A stretch of DNA of 60,327 bases, taken from Chloroflexota bacterium (GTDB lineage Bacteria; Chloroflexota; Dehalococcoidia; Dehalococcoidales; UBA2162). Position 1 is the stretch's first letter; each line of letters begins with the position of its first letter. The notes under the pieces are model-generated. The model worked only from the letters and a program-made list of their open reading frames with translations, was not told the DNA's origin and searched no databases. The stretch is taken from positions 1 to 60,327 of the forward strand of contig JAZDPB010000174.1 of the NCBI GenBank assembly GCA_043797985.1, written 5' to 3'. Of the stretch, positions 38,780 through 47,177 are shown one piece after another. The translations under genes were made by a program, and so were the position numbers.

Positions 38780-39413
38780 TTAAGTACTATCCGTATGGAG
38801 AGCGCCGAAATAGTCAGGGTACTTTAGGCACGGATAAGCTCTTTACCGGGCAGAGATTGGATGATACCGGGCTTTATTACTACGGCGCCAGATATTACGA
38901 CCCAACGATTGGGAGATTTATCAGTCCGGATACGATTGTACCACAATCTGCTAATCCGCAAGCGTTAAATCGGTATTCTTATGTTCTTAATAATCCACTT
39001 AGGTACACAGACCCAACTGGTTATGATGTGAACTGGTGGGTGGTCGGAGGTGGGGTAACTTTGTTAGTAGCAGGAGGGATACTGTGCTGGTACCTGGCAC
39101 CTGTTGCTTTTTTGCCGTTGCTGCTGAAGTGGCTGCTCTTAATGCGGCTGCTGCTACTGGAGTGGGATTTGGGGCTGCTTTGCTCTCGACCATAGAAGCC
39201 ACAGTTGTTAGCATTCCATTGGTTGTTGGGAGTGCTGCATTACCTATTGCCATAGGTTTCGGACTTGTGGTACATGGGGCAGTGGGCTCAAACGCACCAA
39301 AGACAACTTCACAGGAAACACCATCGAATCCCGATCCTGAACCGACAGACCCTGAGCCTCCGTTCGTGCCTGTCCCTTCTAATGAGTATGACTATGTTAA
39401 TTATTTCGACTAG
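38776..39413 (+). CDS. 5'-truncated RHS repeat-associated core tip with Gly/Ala-rich hydrophobic C-terminal domain; frameshifted at a T6 run
   Basis: ORF 38776..39195 reads YYPYGE...FTGQRLDDTGLYYYGARYYDPTIGRFISPDT...NRYSYVLNNPLRYTDPTGY, the RHS core end with a DPxGx cleavage motif. ORF 39036..39413 (-1 frame) continues the hydrophobic domain. One extra or missing T in TTTTTT (39108-39113) fuses them into about 212 aa. The ATG overlaps the DUF166 stop (ATGA). Confidence 0.7.
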
Positions 39414-39472
39414 GATCAAAGCTATATTGGGACTGAGCCATTCGAAAAATAACTGAACTAAGGAAGCATCAT

Positions 39473-40294
39473 ATGTGGACACCAACAAAACGCTATGCAA
39501 GGAACGGAACTATCGTTGTGACAATAGCAGTTTTACTCATAGTATTAGTCATAGGTGTGATATCACATGTGTCACTACGAGACCTACTAATAATGGCTCT
39601 AATGGTTATTGTAATTGATATCCTTATTGGGACTCTAGCAAGTTGGCTATTCCTGAGGATAATCTATCCTAAATTAGGATTTGTTGTTGAGAAGCCAATA
39701 ATAAGTAAAGCGTTCCGAGCAGACTTACTAAAGGAAGAAAAAATAGAATACGAGGTAAAAAGAGATGATGTGTTGGCCTTTCATCTCTTCAATTATGAAC
39801 ATTCGCCTATTTTAGGACGAGCAAGAAGACTCATGCGATTTATGCTACTACCCAGTATTATACTTATGCTTTTGAGTTCCATTGTAAGTGTCGCCATTTT
39901 CGGCAGGAATTATATATCTTTTGCTGTAGGTGTAGGTTTCTTTACAGTACTAATACTTATCTACTATATTTTTTCCCCTCCCCTGATTCGAAAGGGATTC
40001 ACCAAGATAGTAGAAAGAGACTATGGTCGGGGAAAGGACAAGCTCACTAGAAAGCACAAGCTTTCAATTTCTTCTGAAACTGTGACTGATATAACTGATA
40101 TGGGGGAGTCAACAACCCACTGGGATACTATAGAATGGATAGCATCTACAGACCAGCATCTATTCATGGCGGTGCGTGGCTCAGGGCCTCATATTGTGCC
40201 AAGGAGAGCGTTTACTAATGAAGAAGCGTTCAAGCAATTTGTTGATACAGTCAACACATATTATCAAGTGACGGAAGCTAGCAATCTTGGCTAA
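39473..40294 (+). CDS. YcxB-like membrane protein (candidate immunity protein)
   Basis: 273 aa. Two pairs of TM helices and a C-terminal segment HWDTIEWIASTDQHLFMAVRGSGPHIVPRRAFTNEEAFKQF resembling the YcxB-like domain. The region looks AT-richer than its neighbours by eye. Confidence 0.5.
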   Translation: MWTPTKRYARNGTIVVTIAVLLIVLVIGVISHVSLRDLLIMALMVIVIDILIGTLASWLFLRIIYPKLGFVVEKPIISKAFRADLLKEEKIEYEVKRDDVLAFHLFNYEHSPILGRARRLMRFMLLPSIILMLLSSIVSVAIFGRNYISFAVGVGFFTVLILIYYIFSPPLIRKGFTKIVERDYGRGKDKLTRKHKLSISSETVTDITDMGESTTHWDTIEWIASTDQHLFMAVRGSGPHIVPRRAFTNEEAFKQFVDTVNTYYQVTEASNLG

Positions 40295-40302
40295 TTGAAG
40301 CT

Positions 40303-40330
40303 AAAATGAGTGTAAATTAAATCTCATTTT
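40303..40330. terminator. AT-rich hairpin between convergent genes
   Basis: AAAATGAG-tgtaaattaaat-CTCATTTT, an 8-bp stem between the YcxB-like gene (+) and nadE (-). The stem is weak and the loop long. Confidence 0.3.
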
Positions 40331-40451
40331 GGAGGGCATTCATGCTTAAACCCAGATCACCCCAAACCTCATTCTTTATGAGTGGGACTTTTTCGACAGT
40401 CTAGTACGGGATAGCTACAAGAAGAGAGTAAAGTTGCGCGAAACAGCAGGC

Positions 40452-42434
40452 TTATTCGCGCAGCTTGACATACATCGTTTCCAGGTCTTCGAGCCAGAGT
40501 TTTGCCTCGGCATCTGAGGGCATTCTCCAGTCCCCGCGCGGAGACAGGCTTACTGTGCCAACCTTTGGTCCTTCGGGAAGGCATGTCCTCTTAAACTGAT
40601 TGGCGAAGAACCGCTCGATGAAACTCTTAAGCCATTTATGCAAGTCATTGAGTGTGTATCGATTTTCGAAGAGTCCCTGTTTGTTTACCTCGTTGGCTAA
40701 ATAAAGAATTTTGCCCGGTCGCATCCCAAAACGAATAAAAGGATAAAGGTAAAAGTCGGCAAGCTCAACCGGTCCGATGACCTCCTCGCTCTTTTGAATA
40801 ATCTTGCCCTTCTCCGGTCGCAACAATTCTGGAGAGATTGGTGTTTTTAGTATGCTATACAGCACCTTTTGCGCCGGGGAATCAGCCAGCTCTTCATCAG
40901 CGACCCACTGCACGAGATAACGGACGAGTGTCTTGGGAACAGAAACGTTGATATGATAATGTGAGACGTGGTCACCAGCAAATGTGCTCCATCCTAGCGC
41001 AACTTCAGTCAGGTCGCCTGTACCCAGGGCAATACCATTCAGTTCGTTGGCTTTGTTAAAGAAGAATTCGGTGCGGTATCGAGCCTGTACGTTCTCGAAG
41101 ACTACGTCTTCTTGTCCATTGTGCCCGAGGTCTCTCAGGTGTGATTTGCTGGTTCTATTGATGTTCACTTGCCCGAAACTCACTCCTAATGATTGGCACA
41201 GTTTCGTAGCGTTAGTCTTGGTTCTTCGAGTAGTACCAAAACCGGGAAGGGTATAAGCATGGACGTTACTTCGAGGTAAGCCGAGAAAATCCATCGTCTT
41301 TGCCGCAACGAGAAGTGCTAGTGTCGAGTCAAGTCCTCCAGAAATGCCCATCACCAGATGGCGCCTATTGGAGCCGGAGAGCTTCTTGGCGAGCGAGGCC
41401 ACCTGCATGGAAAAGATTTCCTTACATCTTTCTGTTCTTCTGGTTGGGTCCGCCGGAACAAAGGGGTGAGGGGCTATTGTTCGCCGTAGCTGGCTGGGTA
41501 TGAAATCTTTAACCTCCGTTTCAACGATTCTAAACTTTCTTAATTGTTTAGAATTATCAGGGAAACTGGTGGTCGCGCGACGGTCATGAGCCAGCCGGTC
41601 GAGGTCGATGTCAGAGATTATAAGCTGAGTGCCCGGCGATAGTCGGCTCGATTCCTGGAGTATGACCCCGTTTTCAGCGATGATGGTATGCCCGCCATAA
41701 ATGACGTCATTAGACGATTCCCCGATACCTGACGATACATAGCAATAGGATGCCAGGCATCGGCCGGACTCAGAAGATACCATTATTCGACGCCAGTCTG
41801 GCTTTCCAAGCACCTCGTTGCTTGCCGAAAGATTAAGCAGTATGGTTGCCCCAGCTATTGCCTGGTATTCATGAGGCGAGGGTGAAACCCATAAATCTTC
41901 ACAAATCTCTACCCCGATGATCGCTGAAGCCATCCCTCGCAATTCAAAGAGGATGTCTGTGCCAAAGGGAACTCGTTGTCCTGCTAGTTCGATAGTATCT
42001 GAACGAGCGTCTGTGCTGGGTGAGAACCATCGGTCTTCGTAGAACTCTTTGTATGAAGGCAAAAGAGTTTTGGGTATTACTCCGAGGATATGCCCGGAAT
42101 TCAATACTACAGCACAGTTAAAAATCTTCTGGTCAACCGATAGAGGCATCCCTACTATTACAACCATAGCGTTCTTGGCGCACTCGTTTAGAATTTCGCT
42201 TAGTCCCGTTTTCGCCTTCAGGAGTAATACCTGCTGTTGCACCAAATCGCCGATAGTGTAACCAGTTAGAGACATCTCAGGGAAAGTTACTACCTGTACT
42301 CCTTCATCCCTGGCTTTTCTTATGAGTTCGATAATGCTGGCAACATTGAAGTCAACATTGGCAACACGGAGCTCGGGGACTGCCCCGCCGATGCGCAGGA
42401 ATCCAAGGTCATTACTCAATTTAATATCACTCAT
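40452..42434 (-). CDS. nadE: glutamine-dependent NAD+ synthetase
   Basis: 660 aa. N-terminal CN-hydrolase (nitrilase-like) domain and a C-terminal NAD synthase domain with the P-loop ISGGLDS. Confidence 0.88.
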   Translation of the reverse strand: MSDIKLSNDLGFLRIGGAVPELRVANVDFNVASIIELIRKARDEGVQVVTFPEMSLTGYTIGDLVQQQVLLLKAKTGLSEILNECAKNAMVVIVGMPLSVDQKIFNCAVVLNSGHILGVIPKTLLPSYKEFYEDRWFSPSTDARSDTIELAGQRVPFGTDILFELRGMASAIIGVEICEDLWVSPSPHEYQAIAGATILLNLSASNEVLGKPDWRRIMVSSESGRCLASYCYVSSGIGESSNDVIYGGHTIIAENGVILQESSRLSPGTQLIISDIDLDRLAHDRRATTSFPDNSKQLRKFRIVETEVKDFIPSQLRRTIAPHPFVPADPTRRTERCKEIFSMQVASLAKKLSGSNRRHLVMGISGGLDSTLALLVAAKTMDFLGLPRSNVHAYTLPGFGTTRRTKTNATKLCQSLGVSFGQVNINRTSKSHLRDLGHNGQEDVVFENVQARYRTEFFFNKANELNGIALGTGDLTEVALGWSTFAGDHVSHYHINVSVPKTLVRYLVQWVADEELADSPAQKVLYSILKTPISPELLRPEKGKIIQKSEEVIGPVELADFYLYPFIRFGMRPGKILYLANEVNKQGLFENRYTLNDLHKWLKSFIERFFANQFKRTCLPEGPKVGTVSLSPRGDWRMPSDAEAKLWLEDLETMYVKLRE

Positions 42435-42497
42435 ATCTCAATCCTTTTCAGTTTGGCGCTTGCCTAGCCAATTAATTCTGCTTGAGGGAATATTTAG

Positions 42498-43493
42498 CTA
42501 GAGCTGCCAGAAACTGATTAGCCGCTCAAAATCAATCAGTCCGCTTTCGCCGATATTCACGACTTCAATTCCCGCCTCAACTGCTGCCGCCAGCGGGTTC
42601 AAACCGCCCATTAGCACCATGCCAACGCGATTTAGACCTACGGCAATTTGACAAACTGGTTCGCTGGTATTGCCCAGGACCAAAACGCCTTTAATGCCGG
42701 CTTCTTTGAGTAGAGCGATTCTCTCATCGGCAATGGCTCTCGATGCCGCCGGTATCTCGCGGAAATTAGCGAGTATTTTACCGTTACCGGTTTTCACTGC
42801 GTCGGTGACACTGGTCATCCTGGCGCGGATATACTGCTCAGAAGGGTCGAGGGATGTGCCTGAGTAATTGATTAAAGCTACGAACCGTCTTGGTTTAGAG
42901 TCTCTAAGCTCCAGCACTCCACCAAACTTGGATTCTATTGGAATGCCGGCTTTAAGAAGCACTCCGTTTATAGTCACGCTACAAACAGTAGCCAGGCCGA
43001 TTTTCCCGCTCGGTATCACCACCGAACCAAGTTTTTCACCTTCAGCGGCTGTAGCTACCAGTTCACTGACACAAAATCCCGCTTTGAATGTGCTCGCCAT
43101 CGCTGATAATACCCTTTTTAATTTATCAGCATCAATGAGCGAAGTATTTATTGGAAGCTGGCCAGTGCGTTTTTCCGGGTCAAAGGTGGTGTGGAACGCC
43201 AAAAGCTCAAGTTTCTCCTCTATGAAACCGACTTGCTCCGGTGCCAGAGCCATCTTGAGCTCCTCAAGACCTTGTGGGGTGAGCATCCTGCCGTCACGGC
43301 CCAGAGGCTGGGTATAGCCGCGCTCGTCAGTTATTCGCAGGTGGTATCTAACCGCGCGTTCACTTAAAAAAATCCCGTGTCGTTCAAGTTCACGAGCAAT
43401 AGCGATGGAGCCTAATGGCTCCGACGATTCGCTCAGGACTTTTAGAATGGATATCAGCTTCTGCTCAGTATTACGGCCTTCATTCGATATCAT
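42498..43493 (-). CDS. nrpR: NrpR-type nitrogen regulator (winged helix + NrpR/DUF128 domain), copy 1
   Basis: 331 aa. N-terminal wHTH (LISILKVLSESSEPLGSIAIARELERHGIFLSERAVRYHL) followed by one NrpR domain. A paralogue of the same length lies at 52116..53111. Confidence 0.72.
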   Translation of the reverse strand: MISNEGRNTEQKLISILKVLSESSEPLGSIAIARELERHGIFLSERAVRYHLRITDERGYTQPLGRDGRMLTPQGLEELKMALAPEQVGFIEEKLELLAFHTTFDPEKRTGQLPINTSLIDADKLKRVLSAMASTFKAGFCVSELVATAAEGEKLGSVVIPSGKIGLATVCSVTINGVLLKAGIPIESKFGGVLELRDSKPRRFVALINYSGTSLDPSEQYIRARMTSVTDAVKTGNGKILANFREIPAASRAIADERIALLKEAGIKGVLVLGNTSEPVCQIAVGLNRVGMVLMGGLNPLAAAVEAGIEVVNIGESGLIDFERLISFWQL

Positions 43494-43570
43494 ATCGACT
43501 CCTGAGGACTATTTTATACTAATCATACCATCTTTGCTCTAAGAAACTAAATAGTATGGTTAGTATGAGC

Positions 43571-46500
43571 TTATTTTATATCTGCATGATAGCTCTGGAG
43601 GGATTTGACTTCCGATTTGCCCTCGCGGTAAGCGGTTATGCCTTTGGCCGCAGCCGTGGCAGCAGCTAACGTCGTGATATAGGGTACCCGGTACTTTATC
43701 GCTGCCTTGCGGATATATGAGTCGTCATACCGGCTTTGTTTCCCTGTTGGTGTATTGATTACCAGTTGAATTTCCCTGTTCTTGATGGCGTCGGTGATAT
43801 TGGGGCGTCCTTCATGTTCTTTGAGAATGTGTTCCGAAGGGATGCCTTGGCTCAACAGAAAATCGTGCGTGCCTTCTGTAGCCTTTATCTTGAAACCGAG
43901 ATTAGCAAACTGTCTGGCTACTTCTTTTACCGCCGGACGGTCACGCTCCGAGACGGTGATAAGCACGGTGCCCTCGGTAGGCAGTATTGATACTGCCTCC
44001 TCTGCCTTCCAGAAAGCCATCCCGAAGGAGTTGGCGATGCCAAGCACTTCACCGGTGGATTGCATTTCTGGCCTGAGTACCGGGTCGACTTCGGGGAACA
44101 TATTGAAGGGGAAGACCGATTCCTTAACACCGAAGTGAGGTATGTGTCGTTTCTTCAGGTTGAGGTCCTTGATTTTTTTGCCCATCATGAGCTGGGTAGC
44201 CAGACGTGCCATCGGAATGCCGCAAACCTTAGAGACAAGTGGAACAGTGCGGGAGGCACGTGGATTGGCTTCCAGTACATAGACCACATCCTGGCAGATA
44301 GCGTATTGTATATTCATGACGCCGACCACTTTAAGCTCACTGGCAATACGCCGCGTGTATTCTTCTATGGTGTTAATGTGTTTCTGGGGTATGCTTACTG
44401 GTGGGATGACACAGGCGGCATCGCCAGAATGAACGCCGGCGTATTCGATGTGTTCCATGATGGCTGGAATGAAGACATCTTCACCGTCAGCAAGGGCATC
44501 GGCTTCGGTCTCGATGGCATTCTCCAGGTAGCGTTCAATAAGAATAGGCCGGTCTGGCGTTACCACGATGGCAGCGTTCACGTACCGTCTTAATTCCTCC
44601 TCGTCGTGGATTATCTCCATACCTCGCCCGCCGAGCACGTACGACGGACGAACAATAAGTGGATAGCCGATGCGCTTTGCCACGACCAGGGCTTCATCGA
44701 GACTGGTGGCGGTGCCTGATTCCGGCATCGGGATACCGTATTTTTTCATCATCTGATTGAATCGCCCGCGGTCGGAGGCAATGTCTATTGAATTTACCGA
44801 AGTGCCCAATATATTAACGCCAGCTTTTTCAAGCTCTGCGGCAATGTTAAGCGGTGTCTGCCCACCGAACTGGACAATGACACCAATAGGTTTCTCCTTT
44901 TCATGGATACTCAGCACATCTTCCACTGTCAGAGGCTCGAAGTACAGCTTATCTGACGTATCGTAGTCGGTGGATACTGTTTCGGGATTACAGTTAATCA
45001 TTATCGTTTCGTATCCCTCGTCCCGCAGGGCGAATGTGGCATGAACGCAACAATAATCGAACTCTATACCCTGGCCGATACGAATGGGTCCACTGCCGAT
45101 AACTATGGCTTTCTTCCTTTCAGTAGGCCGTGTCTCGTCTTCCTGCTCGTAGGTGCTATAGAAATATGGTGTACTGGCATCAAACTCAGCAGCACAGGTA
45201 TCGACAATTTTGTAAACAGGTTGAATATTCCAGCTACGGCGCAGTTCCCTTACCTGCCCGTGAAGCCTGCCTGTGAGTGCTCCTAGTTGCTCATCCGAGA
45301 AGCCGAGTCGCTTTGCCTGCCACAGGAGTTCGGGGGTCAGTGGTTGGGAGCGAAGTATCTGTTCCATATCTACGATGTTCCGCAGCTTGGTAGTAAACCA
45401 CAAATCAATCTTGGTTCGTTCGGCAATAGCTTCCGGAGTTATTCCTCTTCTCAAGGCAGCCATTATCGCCCACAGCCTCAGGTCATTGGGTTCCAGGGGA
45501 TACGAGTTTATGTCGGTTGCCAGCTTCCATTTCGGGTCTTCCCACAGGAGCGACCTCCGGCTGGACTCCAGCGAGCGCACTGCTTTCTGAAGCGCCGCCT
45601 CAAAACACCGTTCAATAGCCATTACTTCACCGGTGGCTTTCATCTGGGTGCCGATAGTGCGGTTGTTGGAGGCAAACTTCTCAAATGGCCAGTTAGGAAT
45701 CTTAACTACAAGGTAGTCCAGTGCTGGCTCGAAAGAAGCCATCGTTTTTCCAGTTACCTGATTTGGGATTTGGTCCAGCCTCTTGCCTACAGCTATTTTG
45801 GCTGCGACACGGGCGATAGGGTAGCCGGTAGCTTTACTGGCTAGGGCTGAGCTACGGCTAACACGAGGATTAACCTCAATCACATAGTATTGGTCACTAT
45901 TGGGGTCAAGGGCAAACTGGATATTACAGCCACCTTCGATGCCCAGTGCCCGGATAATCTTGAGACTGGCGGTTCTTAACATCTGATATTCTTTATTGTT
46001 TAGTGTCTGACTTGGAGCAACTACGATGCTGTCACCGGTATGCACTCCCATCGGGTCGAAGTTTTCCATGTTACAGACTGTAATGCAGTTATCGGCAGCA
46101 TCCCGCATTACTTCATACTCTATTTCCTTCCAGCCACCCACCCAGCATTCCAGCAGCACCAGGTGGATGGGGCTGATTGCTAGAGCATTAGCCGCCACCG
46201 CTTCCAGTTCCTCCCAGGTGTAAGCCACGCCCCCGCCAGTACCACCTAGGGTAAAAGAAGGGCGGATTATCAGCGGCAAGCCCATTTCTCTAGCGGCTTT
46301 TTTTGCCTCATCCAGCGTAGTAACACTGGTGCTCTCTATCACCGGTTCTCCAATGCTGAGCAGGAGCTTTTTGAATAGCTCTCGATTGGAAGCATTTCTT
46401 ATTGTCTCTATCGGTGTCCCGAGCGACCTTACGTTATATTTATCAAGTACTCCGGCTTCAGCTAGCTCGTGGGCGAGAGTAAGCCCGGTCTGACCACCAA

Positions 46501-46762
46501 GCGTGGGTAGTAATCCGTCCGGGCGTTCTTTCTCGATGATACGGGTGAGCATTTCTACTGTCAGCGGCTCAATGTAGACGATATCGGCAATACCCGGGTC
46601 GGTCATAATAGTGGCCGGGTTGGAGTTGACCAGTACCGAGGTTACTCCTTCTTCTCGCATCCCCCGGCATGCCTGCGTGCCGGCATAGTCAAACTCCGCC
46701 GCCTGCCCGATGACAATTGGACCCGAGCCGATAATTAAGACTTTAGTTGGCTTACTTACCAA
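43571..46762 (-). CDS. carB: carbamoyl-phosphate synthase large subunit
   Basis: 1063 aa. Duplicated ATP-grasp halves (IIGSGPIVIGQAAEFDYAG / VIGSGPIRIGQGIEFDYC) and a C-terminal MGS-like domain. Confidence 0.95.
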   Translation of the reverse strand: MVSKPTKVLIIGSGPIVIGQAAEFDYAGTQACRGMREEGVTSVLVNSNPATIMTDPGIADIVYIEPLTVEMLTRIIEKERPDGLLPTLGGQTGLTLAHELAEAGVLDKYNVRSLGTPIETIRNASNRELFKKLLLSIGEPVIESTSVTTLDEAKKAAREMGLPLIIRPSFTLGGTGGGVAYTWEELEAVAANALAISPIHLVLLECWVGGWKEIEYEVMRDAADNCITVCNMENFDPMGVHTGDSIVVAPSQTLNNKEYQMLRTASLKIIRALGIEGGCNIQFALDPNSDQYYVIEVNPRVSRSSALASKATGYPIARVAAKIAVGKRLDQIPNQVTGKTMASFEPALDYLVVKIPNWPFEKFASNNRTIGTQMKATGEVMAIERCFEAALQKAVRSLESSRRSLLWEDPKWKLATDINSYPLEPNDLRLWAIMAALRRGITPEAIAERTKIDLWFTTKLRNIVDMEQILRSQPLTPELLWQAKRLGFSDEQLGALTGRLHGQVRELRRSWNIQPVYKIVDTCAAEFDASTPYFYSTYEQEDETRPTERKKAIVIGSGPIRIGQGIEFDYCCVHATFALRDEGYETIMINCNPETVSTDYDTSDKLYFEPLTVEDVLSIHEKEKPIGVIVQFGGQTPLNIAAELEKAGVNILGTSVNSIDIASDRGRFNQMMKKYGIPMPESGTATSLDEALVVAKRIGYPLIVRPSYVLGGRGMEIIHDEEELRRYVNAAIVVTPDRPILIERYLENAIETEADALADGEDVFIPAIMEHIEYAGVHSGDAACVIPPVSIPQKHINTIEEYTRRIASELKVVGVMNIQYAICQDVVYVLEANPRASRTVPLVSKVCGIPMARLATQLMMGKKIKDLNLKKRHIPHFGVKESVFPFNMFPEVDPVLRPEMQSTGEVLGIANSFGMAFWKAEEAVSILPTEGTVLITVSERDRPAVKEVARQFANLGFKIKATEGTHDFLLSQGIPSEHILKEHEGRPNITDAIKNREIQLVINTPTGKQSRYDDSYIRKAAIKYRVPYITTLAAATAAAKGITAYREGKSEVKSLQSYHADIK

Positions 46763-46811
46763 TTGAACCTCATTCTTCCCTTTCCTATTCTCTTAGACAC
46801 TCTTTGCTTAA

Positions 46812-47168
46812 ATCCCTCTCACTTCTCCCTTTACGAAAGGGAGAAGACCTATATCTCCCCCTTTGGCAAAGAGCCTGCCGCCGTTCCTCCTGAACTATGG
46901 CAGGCGGGGGACTAAGGGGATTTCCATCTCTCTGTTTATTATTATTCCTTCCTCACTACGGGGAGGTTGATGAAAGAGGGGCTACCGCCCCTCTTAATTT
47001 TCTACCCTATTATACAAAAATATTCAAACTTGTGTGAGTCTAAGAGAGGCAAAGCCTCTCTTACCTTTGCTCCCCTTTCCCTTAACGAAGGGGATACAGG
47101 GGATAGGGTCACCACCTTCTCTCCTGCCCTCCGGATTGCTTCGTCGCTAACGCTCCTCGCAATGACAT
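46812..47168. repeat. ~350-bp array of hairpin repeat modules filling the carA-carB spacer
   Basis: At least seven modules, for example CTTCTCCC-tttacgaaa-GGGAGAAG, GCCTGCCGCC..GGCAGGCGGGGG, AGAGGGGC-tacc-GCCCCTCT, AAGAGAGGC-aaa-GCCTCTCTT, TCCCCTTTCCC..GGGGATAGGG, and CTCCTCGCAATGAC at the right edge. All types recur elsewhere in the window. Confidence 0.8.
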
Positions 47169-47177
47169 TGGGAATAT

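Noticed and set aside
40343-40405. Short ORF MLKPRSPQTSFFMSGTFSTV, reminiscent of the N-terminus of IS5/IS1182-type transposases
   Set aside because: It is only about 20 codons, with no continuation in any frame and no inverted repeats. That is too little to call an IS remnant.
43494-43570. 13-bp inverted repeat ATACTAACCATAC ... GTATGATTAGTAT upstream of nrpR copy 1, considered as an NrpR operator or carB terminator
   Set aside because: The ~25-nt loop and lack of a U-tract argue against a terminator. It does not match the methanogen GGAA-N6-TTCC operator and does not recur in the other gaps of the locus. It is noted but not called.
44060-45844. Plus-strand ORFs of 105-185 aa inside carB (44060..44593, 45273..45590, 45287..45844)
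   Set aside because: They are antisense to a full-length, motif-complete carB, so they are shadow ORFs.
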